Of a DNA stretch of 64,000 nt, positions 1-9,639 are shown in pieces; the stretch's first letter is position 1, and each line of letters begins with the position of its first letter. Both the position numbers and the translations under genes were made by a program. Location: the NCBI GenBank assembly GCA_963703225.1, contig OY969801.1:3059863-3123862 (forward strand). Reading direction: 5' to 3'. Source of the stretch: Candidatus Eiseniibacteriota bacterium (lineage in GTDB: Bacteria; Eisenbacteria; RBG-16-71-46; SZUA-252). The notes beneath the pieces were generated by a model. That model was not told where the DNA came from. It made no database searches and worked only from the letters and a program-made list of their open reading frames with translations.

Positions 1-723
1 CAGCGGGCCGCTCTGGTTTCAGCTCTACGTCCAGCCGGAGCGAAATCTTTCGCGGGAGCTGGCCCAGCGGGCCGAAGCCGCGGGCTATCGAGCGCTTTGC
101 CTCACGGTGGACACGCCCCAGCTGGGACGGCGCGAGCGGGACGTGCGGAACGCCTTCACCCTCCCTCCCGGCGTGCGGATGATGAATTTCGAGGGTGGCC
201 GGCGCGAAATGCCCCGTCGGGCGCCGCCCGGGACCTCGGCCATGGCCTCCTATTCCGCGGCGCTCCTCGATCCGACGCTCACGTGGGACGCGATCGCGTG
301 GTTGAAGAGCGAGACCAAGCTCCCCATCGTGGTGAAGGGGATCATCTCGGGAGAGGACGCGGCGCTGGCGGTGGAATCGGGCGCTTCCGCGGTCCTCGTC
401 TCGAACCACGGCGGACGTCAGCTGGACGCCTGCGAGCCGACGTTCGCCGCCCTTCCCCATGTCGTCGACGCGGTGGCCGGCCGAATCGAGGTCTATCTCG
501 ACGGCGGGGTCCGCCGCGGGACCGATGTCCTGAAGGCCGTGGCGCTCGGCGCGCGCGCCGTGCTCGTCGGCCGTCCAGTCATCTGGGGCCTGGCGGCGGG
601 CGGAGAGGCGGGCGCGCACCGCGCGCTCGAAATGCTCCGCGAGGAGTTCGACGCTGGCGATGAAACTCTCCGGCTGCCCCTCGGTGGGCCGCGCTGAGAC
701 CGGGATTCATCGCGACGCCGTAA
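1..723 (+). CDS. FMN-dependent alpha-hydroxy-acid oxidase/dehydrogenase (glycolate/lactate oxidase family), 5'-truncated by window edge
   Basis: Motifs LWFQLY, CLTVDTP, PIVVKGI, VSNHGGRQLD, DGGVRRGTDVLKAVALGA. The C-terminus (LAMKLSGC...) continues across apparent indels at ~652 and ~688 to TAA at 721-723. Confidence 0.9.
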
Positions 724-763
724 CGTCACTTGACTCTTCCCGCCACGGGTTGACAATCTATCG

Positions 764-1204
764 ATGCGCTCCGAGATCTCGATCTGGATTGACGCCTCGC
801 CGGACGCCGTCTTCCCCCTCGTCGCGGACCTCCCCCGCTGGCCCGAGCGGCTCCCGCACTACCGATATGTGCGCGTGCTGCGCCGGGTGGATTCCGAAAC
901 GCTCGCCGCGATGAGCGCCCGACGGGGCCTCATCCCGGTCTTCTGGCACGCGGTGCAGACGCCCGACCCCCAGTCGCGCCGGATTTCGTTCCGCCATGTG
1001 CGCGGGGTCACACGGGGGATGGAGGTGCTCTGGACCCTGGAGCCCGAGCGCGGCGGAACGCGCGCCAGAATCCTCCACGAGCTCGACCTGCGCTGGCCCT
1101 GGATCGGGCCCTGGATCGCCGAGCACGTGATCGCCCGCGGCTTCATTCAGCCGATCGCAAGCCTCACCCTCGCGCGCTTCAAGGCGATCGCGGAGGCGGC
1201 ATGA
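764..1204 (+). CDS. SRPBCC/START-fold polyketide cyclase-aromatase-like protein
   Basis: 146 aa with pattern IDASPDAVFPLVADLPRWPERLPHY...GMEVLWTLEP...TRARILHEL; ATGA overlap with the ketosynthase gene. Confidence 0.75.
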   Translation: MRSEISIWIDASPDAVFPLVADLPRWPERLPHYRYVRVLRRVDSETLAAMSARRGLIPVFWHAVQTPDPQSRRISFRHVRGVTRGMEVLWTLEPERGGTRARILHELDLRWPWIGPWIAEHVIARGFIQPIASLTLARFKAIAEAA

Positions 1205-2466
1205 TCGCTCCCATCAAGCGGCACCGTGTCGCCGTCACCGGCCTCGGCCTCATCACCCCGATCGGAACCGGCAAGGACGCGTTCTGGGAGGGCGTGCGCG
1301 CCGGACGGCGCGGCGTGGGCCCGGTCACCCGCTTCGACGCCTCGCAGCTTCGCACCCGCATCGCGGGCGAGGTGGGCGATTTCGATCCCGCCGACCACTT
1401 CCCGCCGCGTCGCCGCTCTCGATTCGATCGGTTCGCCCAGTTTTCGATCGTCGCGGCCCGCCTCGCGCTGGAGAACTCGGGGCTTTCCATCGGCCCGGGC
1501 CCCGGAGCGGTCTCGGGCGAGCGGCTCGGCGTCGCGATCGGCTCGGCCCTGGGCGGCGTTTCGGGCGCGGAGGAGGATCACGCCGCGTTCCTCCGCTCCG
1601 GCCAGCGTGCCATCCCCGCGAGCCTCGCGCTCCGCGTCTTCGCCGGGGCCGGCGCGTGCAACGTCGCCATCGAGTGCGGCGCGCGCGGCCCCGTGATCGG
1701 GAACTCCAATTCCTGCGCGTCGGGCGCGATCGCGATCGGCGAAGCGCTCCGAGCGATTCGCGACGATATCGCGACCGTGGTGATCGCCGGCGGCGTGGAA
1801 GCCCCGCTCGCACCGCTCACCTTCACCGCGTTCGCGGTGATCCGCGCGATGTCGACCGCGAACGAGGATCCCGCGGCAGCCTCCCGCCCCTTCGACGCCC
1901 GGAGGGACGGCTTCGTGATGGCGGAAGGGGCCGCCATCCTGATCCTCGAAGAGATGGGGCACGCGGTCGCGCGCGGCGCGCGGATCTACGCGGAGATCGC
2001 GGGGTTCGCGACGACAAACGATGCCCACCATATGACCGCACCCCACCCCGAGGGACGGGATGCCGCGCGGGCGATGCGATTGGCGCTGCAAGACGCCTCG
2101 CTCGCCACGTCCGAGATCGAGCTGGTGAACGCGCACGGATCCTCGACCCCGCTCAACGACCGGATCGAGACGCGCGCGATCAAAGACGTGTTTGGTGAGC
2201 GGGCGCGGCGGATCCCCGTGAGCGGCACCAAGGGGATGCACGCGCACGCGCTGGGCGCTTCGGGCGCGATGGAGGCCGCGATCGCCGCGCTCTCGATCGC
2301 GGAGGGATTCGTGCCTTCGACCGCGAACCTGACGCAGCCCGACCCCGACTGTGACCTGGATTACGTCCCGGGAGCCGGCCGCACCGAGAGCGTGCGGACC
2401 GTGCTCTCCAACTCATTCGGATTTGGAGGGAGCAACGCGTGTCTCGTCCTGCGCTCGTTCGAGTAG
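1201..2466 (+). CDS. fabF: Beta-ketoacyl-ACP synthase II (FabF/KAS family)
   Basis: VAVTGLG start, catalytic Cys in SNSCASG, His in NAHGSST and KGMHAHALGASG, SRPFDARRDGFVMAEGA, NSFGFGGSN end. Confidence 0.85.
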   Translation: MIAPIKRHRVAVTGLGLITPIGTGKDAFWEGVRAGRRGVGPVTRFDASQLRTRIAGEVGDFDPADHFPPRRRSRFDRFAQFSIVAARLALENSGLSIGPGPGAVSGERLGVAIGSALGGVSGAEEDHAAFLRSGQRAIPASLALRVFAGAGACNVAIECGARGPVIGNSNSCASGAIAIGEALRAIRDDIATVVIAGGVEAPLAPLTFTAFAVIRAMSTANEDPAAASRPFDARRDGFVMAEGAAILILEEMGHAVARGARIYAEIAGFATTNDAHHMTAPHPEGRDAARAMRLALQDASLATSEIELVNAHGSSTPLNDRIETRAIKDVFGERARRIPVSGTKGMHAHALGASGAMEAAIAALSIAEGFVPSTANLTQPDPDCDLDYVPGAGRTESVRTVLSNSFGFGGSNACLVLRSFE

Positions 2467-2867
2467 CGACGGCCTGTGCCGTCTTCGTTCTGGCCGCGGC
2501 CCTGGGCTGCGGGACGTCGGGCTCCAAGATCCCGGTGACCGAGATGACCGCCAAGACCGACGCCTCGGGCGTGCAGCGAGTCCAGGTGGAGGTCCACTCG
2601 TTCTACTTCAAGCCTAGCCGGATCGTGGTTCAGGCCGGCGTGCCCGTCGACATGACCCTCAAGTTCAAAAACTTCTTCACGCCGCACAATCTCACCTGCA
2701 CGGACGCGGAGGCGGGGATTCAGATCGACAAGAGCGCGGGATTCATGAGCTTCAATCGGACGAAGGAAGTGAAATTCACGCCGAAGAAGCCGGGGGAATA
2801 TCCGTTCTACTGCGGCGTCGACTCCCACATGAAGAAGGGGATGACCGGGACGCTCGTGGTGCGGTAG
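2439..2867 (+). CDS. Cupredoxin-domain lipoprotein
   Basis: Lipobox ALGC; type-1 copper ligands PHNL...YCGVDSHMKKGM. Confidence 0.8.
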   Translation: MSRPALVRVATACAVFVLAAALGCGTSGSKIPVTEMTAKTDASGVQRVQVEVHSFYFKPSRIVVQAGVPVDMTLKFKNFFTPHNLTCTDAEAGIQIDKSAGFMSFNRTKEVKFTPKKPGEYPFYCGVDSHMKKGMTGTLVVR

Positions 2868-2914
2868 ACGGCGCGCCCCAGCTCACGCACCGGGCCGCGC
2901 GCCGCGCCGACCCG

Positions 2915-3970
2915 CTACTTCTTGGCCGTGCTCTTGGAAGGCGCCTTCTTGGGCGAAGGCCCCGTGAGCGACAGGTTGGTCGCGACCCAGAGATCTTCAT
3001 CCCTCCCGTTGAGCCGCGAGTAGTAGATCGACTGGCCGTCATACGACCAAGTCGGCTTCATGCAGTTCCCATCCGACGTGAGCGGGAACGACTTGCGGGT
3101 CGCCGTGTCCATGATCCAGATGTTCTGCTTCCCGCCCGTGTTCCGTCCAAACGCGATCCACTTTCCGTCGGGCGACCAGGACGGCCAGGTGTCTTCCGAT
3201 CCTTCCTCCGCCGCGCTGATCCCGGTGAGCCGGGTCTCGCGGCCGCCCTCCGCGGCGATCTTGAAGACACGAAACGGCGAGAAGAGGGCGGACTGTTTGG
3301 TCTGCATGCCGCTGCCGATGCTCACCGTCCTCGTGGTGTCGAAATCCTTGGAGACGTAGGCGATCCATTTCCCATCCATCGACCAGATGGGATGGCCCGG
3401 GCTCCCCTCGCTAAACGTGAGTCGGTGCGCCGGTGGGCCTTCGATCTCCCCTTTGGCATCCATCACGTACAGATTGAATCCATAGAGGGACGTCGGCTGC
3501 AGGCGGCTCGAGGGAAAACAGATCTTGGCGCCGTCGGGCGAGTAGACCGCGAATCGCTGGCTTCCCACCGCGTTGGAGAGCGGCTTCGCCTTCCCCCCTT
3601 CGACCGGAATCGAGTAGATGTTGTAGGGACCGGTGCGGGTCGAGATATAGAGGAGCGATTTGCCGTCCGGTGCCCAGGCCGGCGTCATGACGCGGGTGGC
3701 CATCCGCGCGGCGCCCTCCGCCTTCGAGGAATCGGGCTCCGAGGTCACCTTGTGCGGCGCGCCGCCCGCCGTGGGCCAGAGCCAGATCTGGTTCGTCTTG
3801 TCGCGGTTGCTCTGAAACGCGAGCCACTGGCCGTCGGGCGACGGCGCGGGATCGGTGTCGCGAAACGCCGTGTCGGCCAGCACAGGGCGAAACGTGGTGG
3901 CAAATCCGGGCGCGGCCCAGGTCAGGGCCAGCGCGAATAGGAAGAGCGTCGTCAACCGGCGTTGGGTCAT
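2915..3970 (-). CDS. Secreted TolB-like (PD40) beta-propeller protein
   Basis: Signal peptide and repeated P-x-WSPDGK-x-I-x-F/Y blades. Confidence 0.85.
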   Translation of the reverse strand: MTQRRLTTLFLFALALTWAAPGFATTFRPVLADTAFRDTDPAPSPDGQWLAFQSNRDKTNQIWLWPTAGGAPHKVTSEPDSSKAEGAARMATRVMTPAWAPDGKSLLYISTRTGPYNIYSIPVEGGKAKPLSNAVGSQRFAVYSPDGAKICFPSSRLQPTSLYGFNLYVMDAKGEIEGPPAHRLTFSEGSPGHPIWSMDGKWIAYVSKDFDTTRTVSIGSGMQTKQSALFSPFRVFKIAAEGGRETRLTGISAAEEGSEDTWPSWSPDGKWIAFGRNTGGKQNIWIMDTATRKSFPLTSDGNCMKPTWSYDGQSIYYSRLNGRDEDLWVATNLSLTGPSPKKAPSKSTAKK

Positions 3971-4013
3971 GTGGTCCTCATTGGTACCCAGCCGCGCAGG
4001 ATGGGTTCCCGGG

Positions 4014-4607
4014 TCAGGGGCGCGGCGTAAATCCTTCGCCCACCGTCAGTACCTCGTACGATGCGACACTCAGCGCGTGGCGCCTGATCTGGCTCCACGG
4101 CCGGTCGAGAATGTAACACTTGAGCAGGGCGAGCACGATCTGGTGCGACACCACCGCCACCAAACCCTCGCCCTCGCGATGGCGCCCCAAGATCTCCCGC
4201 ATCGCGGCCACCGCGCGATCGTGAACCGCTTGGAGCGGCTCCGCGCCCGGCAGCGTGTGCGCGCTGGGATCGTCGCGCCAGCGCCGGTAGAGATCGGGAT
4301 CGGGAAGATCGGTTTCGGCGAGCCCCTCCCACTCTCCGTGATGGATCTCGTTCAACCTCGGCTCCGCCACGACGCCCAGCGAGTGCGGGCCTGCCACGTA
4401 GGAGGCCGTCTCGATGGCGCGCGGCAGCGCGCTCGAGTAGACCGCCTGGAGCGGCACCTCCCAGAGCAGCCGCGCGAGCCCTTTCGCCTGCTCGCGCCCC
4501 GCGTCGTTGATCGACGCGCCCTGGCTCCCTTGGACCCGCTTCTCGCGATTCCAGTCCGTTTCGCCGTGACGGACGAACACGACGTCCCGTCCCGGGACCA
4601 TGATCAT
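4014..4607 (-). CDS. Histidine phosphatase (phosphoglycerate mutase family)
   Basis: VRHGETDWN, SSALPRAIETA, LNEIHHGEWEG, VVSH motifs. Confidence 0.9.
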   Translation of the reverse strand: MIMVPGRDVVFVRHGETDWNREKRVQGSQGASINDAGREQAKGLARLLWEVPLQAVYSSALPRAIETASYVAGPHSLGVVAEPRLNEIHHGEWEGLAETDLPDPDLYRRWRDDPSAHTLPGAEPLQAVHDRAVAAMREILGRHREGEGLVAVVSHQIVLALLKCYILDRPWSQIRRHALSVASYEVLTVGEGFTPRP

Positions 4608-5722
4608 CCCTTCGACCCGAGGCGTCCCTCGCGCGCGAGAATCTCGGCGTTCAAGATGGCCGCGCCGGCGGCGCCGCGGATCGTGTTGTGGCCGAGCGCT
4701 TCAAATTTCCAGTCGAGGACCGAGCACTTGCGGAGCCGGCCCACCGAGACGGCCATTCCGCCGGCCCGATCGGCGTCGAGCCGAGGCTGGGGCCGATCCT
4801 CCTCGGTACAAACCACGATCGGCTCGGCCGGCGCGCTCGGGAGATCGAGTTTGCGCAAAGGGCGGAACGACTGCCATGCGGCCATTATCTCCTTCTGTGT
4901 GGCGCGGCGCCCCAGCTTGACCGAGTGGGCCACCTGGTGGCCGTCGATCACCGGGACGCGGTGGCAAAGCGCGCTGATCGGGAAATCGGCCGCGGCAATT
5001 CCCTTGGGCCCCATGCGGCCGAGAATCTTGAGCGTCTCGGTTTCAACCTTCGGCTCCTCGCCGCCCGGCACGAATGGAATCACGTTGCCGAGGATGTCGA
5101 GCGACGGGACCCCCGGGTAGCCGGCCCCGCTCACCGCCTGGAACGTGGTCGTGATCGCGGCCGTGATCCCAAACGCGCGAAGGAGCGGTGCGAGCGCCAT
5201 CGCGATCACGATCGCGGAGCAGTTGGGATTGGTGACGAGCCCGCCGCCTCGATAGGGCTGCCGTTCCAAGAGCTCGAGGTGATCGCGGTTCACTTCCGGA
5301 ATCACGAGCGGAACGAGCGGATCCATCCGATGGTTCCGCGCGTTGGACGAGACGAAATGCCCGGCGCGCGCGTAGCGATCTTCCAACTCACCCGCCACCG
5401 ACGCGTCCAACGCCGAGAAGAGGAGCCGCGAGTGAAGCGGCGTCGCGGGGCCCTTGACGCGCAGCGCCGCGACCGCGCCGGGGATCAAGGTCGAGAGCTT
5501 CCACCGGGCCCCGACGGCCTCGCCGTAAGGGCGGCCCGCGCTCTGGTCCGAGGCCATGACCTCGGCGACCTCGAACCAGGGGTGCCGCTCCAGAAGCTGG
5601 ATGAAGCGCTGCCCCACCGTTCCGGTCGCGCCGAGGACGGCTACCGGAAGTCTCCGGGGCGCCGAACCGGTCGATCTCGAACGCTTCGAAGTCGTTGTGG
5701 TGGCTCGGTTTCTTGACACCAT
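4604..5722 (-). CDS. asd: Aspartate-semialdehyde dehydrogenase
   Basis: VLGATGTVGQRF, VPLVIPEVN, NPNCS, QAVSGAG, RVPVIDGH, HNTIRGAAG; start placed at ATG 5722. Confidence 0.93.
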   Translation of the reverse strand: MVSRNRATTTTSKRSRSTGSAPRRLPVAVLGATGTVGQRFIQLLERHPWFEVAEVMASDQSAGRPYGEAVGARWKLSTLIPGAVAALRVKGPATPLHSRLLFSALDASVAGELEDRYARAGHFVSSNARNHRMDPLVPLVIPEVNRDHLELLERQPYRGGGLVTNPNCSAIVIAMALAPLLRAFGITAAITTTFQAVSGAGYPGVPSLDILGNVIPFVPGGEEPKVETETLKILGRMGPKGIAAADFPISALCHRVPVIDGHQVAHSVKLGRRATQKEIMAAWQSFRPLRKLDLPSAPAEPIVVCTEEDRPQPRLDADRAGGMAVSVGRLRKCSVLDWKFEALGHNTIRGAAGAAILNAEILAREGRLGSKG

Positions 5723-5731
5723 AGGGGGCGG

Positions 5732-8716
5732 ATGATACGGTTCCAGGCGGATATCTCGCAACGCCAAACCCCACCCCCTCGGGCCCACTACTTGTTATCT
5801 CGAGCCGTTGCCTTCGGCCTGATCGCGTCTTTGGGAGCCGGGGTTGCCGTGTCCCCGGCCCATTCGGCGCCCCGGAAGTCCGCTCCAACGCGTGAAGCCC
5901 CATGGGCCAGGGTCGCTGGGCAGGAGGCAACGCCATCGCGTGGCGCCGCCACACCGCCTGCCGCCGGCGTGAAGACCCAGCCCGCGGTCGCGCCCAAGGT
6001 CCCGCCGCGATGGCCCGGCAGCCCAGCCGTCCGACCGCCGGTCCGGATCATCGGCGCGGGGGTCGTGCGGCGGGCGCCGGGCGCCGAGACGAGTTTTCCC
6101 CAAGTGCTCGACTCCTACCCTCGGGATGGCGCGACGCGGATCTTACCGGGCGCGCTCCTCTACTACGTCTTCGATCAGCCCACGTTGAAGAGCGGAAGCT
6201 TCTCGGTCGCGGACCTCGATTCCGCGGGACTCCCGCTCCTCAACCTGGACACCCCGATCTGGTCCGCCCTGGGCGACACGGTGTACATCAAGCCGAGCGC
6301 CCCCATGGAGCGCGGCCACCTGCACGGCATGCTGGTGAATACGATCTTCGCGACCGACAGCACCGCTTCGAGCGACGTCGGCGGCATCCGCAATTTCCGG
6401 ATCATCTCCTGGCCCAAGCTGGAGCGCGTCCCCAGTGACGCGGCGTTCTCCTCGGTCACGCTCGTCCCCGGGACTCCGATCCCCGTGACCACGAACGTCC
6501 GGGAGCTGAACGGCAACGGCGTCGCCTTCACCTCGGCCCGGATCGAGTTCTGGGATTCGCCGTCCATGACGCTCAACGGGGGCCCGGGGGCTTTGCCGCT
6601 CGCGACGGTCACGGTTCCCATCGCGCAGTCGGTCCCGCAATCCGGCTCGGCGCGGCTCACCCTCCCGGTGACGCTTCCCGTCTCGCTCGCGCGGTCCGCG
6701 GCGAGCGGACGGCTCGGGCTTCGGATCATTTACCAAGGGTTCGAAGAAACGGGGGCGCCGGTCACCTTCGAATCCAATTCCTCGCTCTCGCTCTCGGCGC
6801 CGTCCGACACGCTCCTCTCCATGTCGCCCGCGCTCGTGACGCCGGCGATCGCCGCGAACATCGTCGTCCAGGCGGCCTACTTGGAGCTGCCGATCCCCGG
6901 CGCGGTTTACGCCGCGGGCGACACCGTGCTCGCGCGCGGAGTGGTGACCGGGATTGGGACGGGCGGCTTCCGCGCCGTCTTCTACCTCGACGGGAACGCC
7001 GTCGCGATGGAAGAGGGCTACATGGAGTCGGGCCGCCCGGTGGTGGTCGAGCCGCGCGGCCCGATCGTCTCCCGCCGCTTTGGCGAGCACCGCTTCCAGT
7101 TCGTCGTCGAGTCGCCCCAGAGCGTCGGGGCTCAGCCGGTCACGTTTCTCTGCGTGCCGCCGGCGAACGGCGTGATCATGCCCCCGAGCGAGGTGGTCGG
7201 CGCCGACAGCGTGGTGACCCCGCCCCCACCCTCGAAGCTCAAGCTCGACGGCACCTATCTCCTGGTCGGGAAGTCGGAGTACCGCGACGAGGAGGCCGCC
7301 GGGATCGCCTGGTCGGCGTGGAACGCGCGCTACGACGTCACGAAGACCGGGGCACTGGAGGCGAACGTCCTCTGGAGGCTCCGCGCCGACGACCCCGAGA
7401 ACGGGAGCGCCTCGCCCGAGCAGGTGAAGGCGCGGTACTCGATGACGAACGGCTCCGTCGAGTGGGGCGACGTGACACCCAGCATCGCCAAGGATGCGCC
7501 GCTCTTTGCCAGCTCGGTCCCCCGCCGAAGCGCGCAGGCCACGTGGTCGGGGACGCCCGCGGGCACCATCGAAGGCTTCATCGCGCTCGACTCGCACCCT
7601 CGCTCGTCGGCCGGGACGATCACGGCGATCCGCTCCGACCTCTACGCCGGCCGCGTCTCGCGGAATTTCGCGGGCGAGCGATTCCTCGCGTCGCTCTACG
7701 GCGGCTACACGCACGACGATCCGACGCCGGGGAGCGTCGATTCGGTGGTCACCGCGAGCGCCACCTACGGCGGGATGGGCCGCGTGAGCTTCGCCAACGA
7801 CTGGACGCTCCTCGGGGACGTGGCCACGGTCCGCCACCGCGCGATCGAGGGGGTCGACCCGGGCCGGTCGCGGACAGCCGTGCGGGGGGAGCTAAAGGGA
7901 GAGGTGGCCGGCTTCGGCGCCAAGGCCGAGGGGTTCCGCTACCAGCCCGACCTCGCCACCACGCTCAACCCCTACGCCATCTCCGACCGCCGCGGCATGG
8001 CCGCCGAGATTTCCCGCGACGTCACCCAGTGGCGCTTCTTCGCCGCCTATCGAACGGAGGAGCCCGCCGAGGCGGTGGGCCTGGCGCCGGTCATCCACGT
8101 CGACCGCTGGTCGTTTGGCGGCAAGCTGACGCTCAACCAGGCGAGCTTCGTGCTTCCGCAATTCACGAGGATCGAGCACCGGGGCGACAACACCGACTTC
8201 AGCATGTCCCGCGTCTCGGGCGACCTCGTGGTCGGCGAGGCGTTGGGAGGGCAGACGAGAGCCCGGATCGACTTAACCCGCTTCGACGACCCCAAGGGCG
8301 TCAACGCCAAGCGCTTCGTGGGCTCGGGCTCCGTGGTCACGACCCGCAAGCACACCGAGGGGATCACGAGCACGATCTCCGCCGCGCTCGAGCACGACGA
8401 GTCGGAAGATTTGAACCTGACCGACCAGACGATCCAGGCGGCGCTCGAGATCCGGTGGGAGGCAATCCGGGGTAAGTTTCTGGTCATCCCGCTCCTCACC
8501 TATTACGACCGCGACATGGCCACCATCAACCTGGACCAGCGGCAGGCCACGGGCCGGCTTCAATTCGCGCTTCTTCGTATCCCCAAGCTCGGCGAGAACG
8601 CCCTCTCGATCGAGGGACGCATCGACAAATATCAAACCAGCGGGACCTCGGAGACCAAGAGCACCGAGGGTTCGGTCCAGATCTCGTTCGGCCAGCAGTT
8701 CCGCGTCGTGCAGTAG
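5732..8716 (+). CDS. Large secreted/outer-membrane protein: N-terminal Ig-like domains and probable C-terminal beta-barrel
   Basis: 994-aa ORF with signal-like N-terminus, Pro/Ala linker, beta-rich domains and alternating hydrophobic strands in the C-terminal half; exact start uncertain. Confidence 0.6.
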   Translation: MIRFQADISQRQTPPPRAHYLLSRAVAFGLIASLGAGVAVSPAHSAPRKSAPTREAPWARVAGQEATPSRGAATPPAAGVKTQPAVAPKVPPRWPGSPAVRPPVRIIGAGVVRRAPGAETSFPQVLDSYPRDGATRILPGALLYYVFDQPTLKSGSFSVADLDSAGLPLLNLDTPIWSALGDTVYIKPSAPMERGHLHGMLVNTIFATDSTASSDVGGIRNFRIISWPKLERVPSDAAFSSVTLVPGTPIPVTTNVRELNGNGVAFTSARIEFWDSPSMTLNGGPGALPLATVTVPIAQSVPQSGSARLTLPVTLPVSLARSAASGRLGLRIIYQGFEETGAPVTFESNSSLSLSAPSDTLLSMSPALVTPAIAANIVVQAAYLELPIPGAVYAAGDTVLARGVVTGIGTGGFRAVFYLDGNAVAMEEGYMESGRPVVVEPRGPIVSRRFGEHRFQFVVESPQSVGAQPVTFLCVPPANGVIMPPSEVVGADSVVTPPPPSKLKLDGTYLLVGKSEYRDEEAAGIAWSAWNARYDVTKTGALEANVLWRLRADDPENGSASPEQVKARYSMTNGSVEWGDVTPSIAKDAPLFASSVPRRSAQATWSGTPAGTIEGFIALDSHPRSSAGTITAIRSDLYAGRVSRNFAGERFLASLYGGYTHDDPTPGSVDSVVTASATYGGMGRVSFANDWTLLGDVATVRHRAIEGVDPGRSRTAVRGELKGEVAGFGAKAEGFRYQPDLATTLNPYAISDRRGMAAEISRDVTQWRFFAAYRTEEPAEAVGLAPVIHVDRWSFGGKLTLNQASFVLPQFTRIEHRGDNTDFSMSRVSGDLVVGEALGGQTRARIDLTRFDDPKGVNAKRFVGSGSVVTTRKHTEGITSTISAALEHDESEDLNLTDQTIQAALEIRWEAIRGKFLVIPLLTYYDRDMATINLDQRQATGRLQFALLRIPKLGENALSIEGRIDKYQTSGTSETKSTEGSVQISFGQQFRVVQ

Positions 8717-8718
8717 CA

Positions 8719-8736
8719 GCGTCGAAACTTCGACGC
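8719..8736. promoter_or_regulatory. Perfect palindrome GCGTCGAA-AC-TTCGACGC (hairpin or activator site)
   Basis: Seen directly after the stop of the 994-aa ORF, ~110 bp upstream of a sigma54-like promoter. Confidence 0.4.
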
Positions 8737-8842
8737 CCTTCCCTCCCTTCTCTCCACGATCGAAGTTCCCGCGGCGGCTCGCAAACGAAACGGCGACAAG
8801 CGCTCGTCCCCACGCTGAATCAAATCGCGCGCGCGCTTTAGC

Positions 8843-8858
8843 TGGAACACCTCATGCA
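8843..8858 (+). promoter_or_regulatory. Putative sigma54 (-24/-12) promoter
   Basis: TGGAACACCTCATGCA: GG-N10-GC spacing, intergenic, ~77 bp upstream of ATG 8935. Confidence 0.55.
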
Positions 8859-8934
8859 AGCGCGTCGATCGCCCTTACTCCTCGGCGCCCACGGAGCGCG
8901 GTTTTGGCCGCGCCAATTCAGGGAGGGTGCCGTC

Positions 8935-9639
8935 ATGAATCAAGTCCGCTGTTTCGCCATCGTCCTGCCGATCGCCTTCGCGGCTCTTGGGTGCGCGCGT
9001 GAGGAGTCGACTCGGATCGTCGATCCTCCGCCTGAGTCGCGGATCGAGGTCGCCGAAGCCCACTGGGTGACCGACAGGGACGCGCTCGCGGGCGCGGTCC
9101 AAAAGGCCGCGGCGAGCCCGCTGGTCCGGCGTGCACTCATCGGTGGGCCCAATCCGCGGCTCACGCCGCTCCATCAGCTCGCCGTGCGCGCGGTGGGGGT
9201 CCTGCGCGACGGCGCGACGGTCGGCGTCACCATCCTTCCTTATATGGTCGACGGCGACTCCAGCCACGCGACCTTCATCTCCCTGATCGACGGCGGCGCG
9301 GTTCAGATCGCGGACGTCGGCGACCTCATCGCCGGACGCGAGCCGACCGCGCTGGAGACCGGGTTCATCCCCGTCAACCTCGGCGGCCGGATCGGCTGGG
9401 TCAAAGGAGTCACCTCCTACAGCGCGGCTTTGGACGGGACGCCCCGGCTCTCGCCGGAGCGGCTCAAGTGGACGAAATTTGTCGAATGCCTGTTGGGCGG
9501 GGCGGCCGCCGCGTGCGAGAGCGGGGCGGACATCGCGGACACGATCGCCCCAGGAGTCCCGCGAGCCCGGGCGATCGGGTGCGGGGTCGGCGTCGCCGCC
9601 CTCGCGGTCGGCTGCGCCGCGCAGCACCTACGCCCGTGA
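8935..9639 (+). CDS. Lipoprotein with Cys/Gly/Ala-rich bacteriocin-like C-terminal domain
   Basis: SD GGGAGG before ATG 8935; lipobox ALGC; the last ~55 aa are hydrophobic with 4 Cys. Confidence 0.65.
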   Translation: MNQVRCFAIVLPIAFAALGCAREESTRIVDPPPESRIEVAEAHWVTDRDALAGAVQKAAASPLVRRALIGGPNPRLTPLHQLAVRAVGVLRDGATVGVTILPYMVDGDSSHATFISLIDGGAVQIADVGDLIAGREPTALETGFIPVNLGGRIGWVKGVTSYSAALDGTPRLSPERLKWTKFVECLLGGAAAACESGADIADTIAPGVPRARAIGCGVGVAALAVGCAAQHLRP

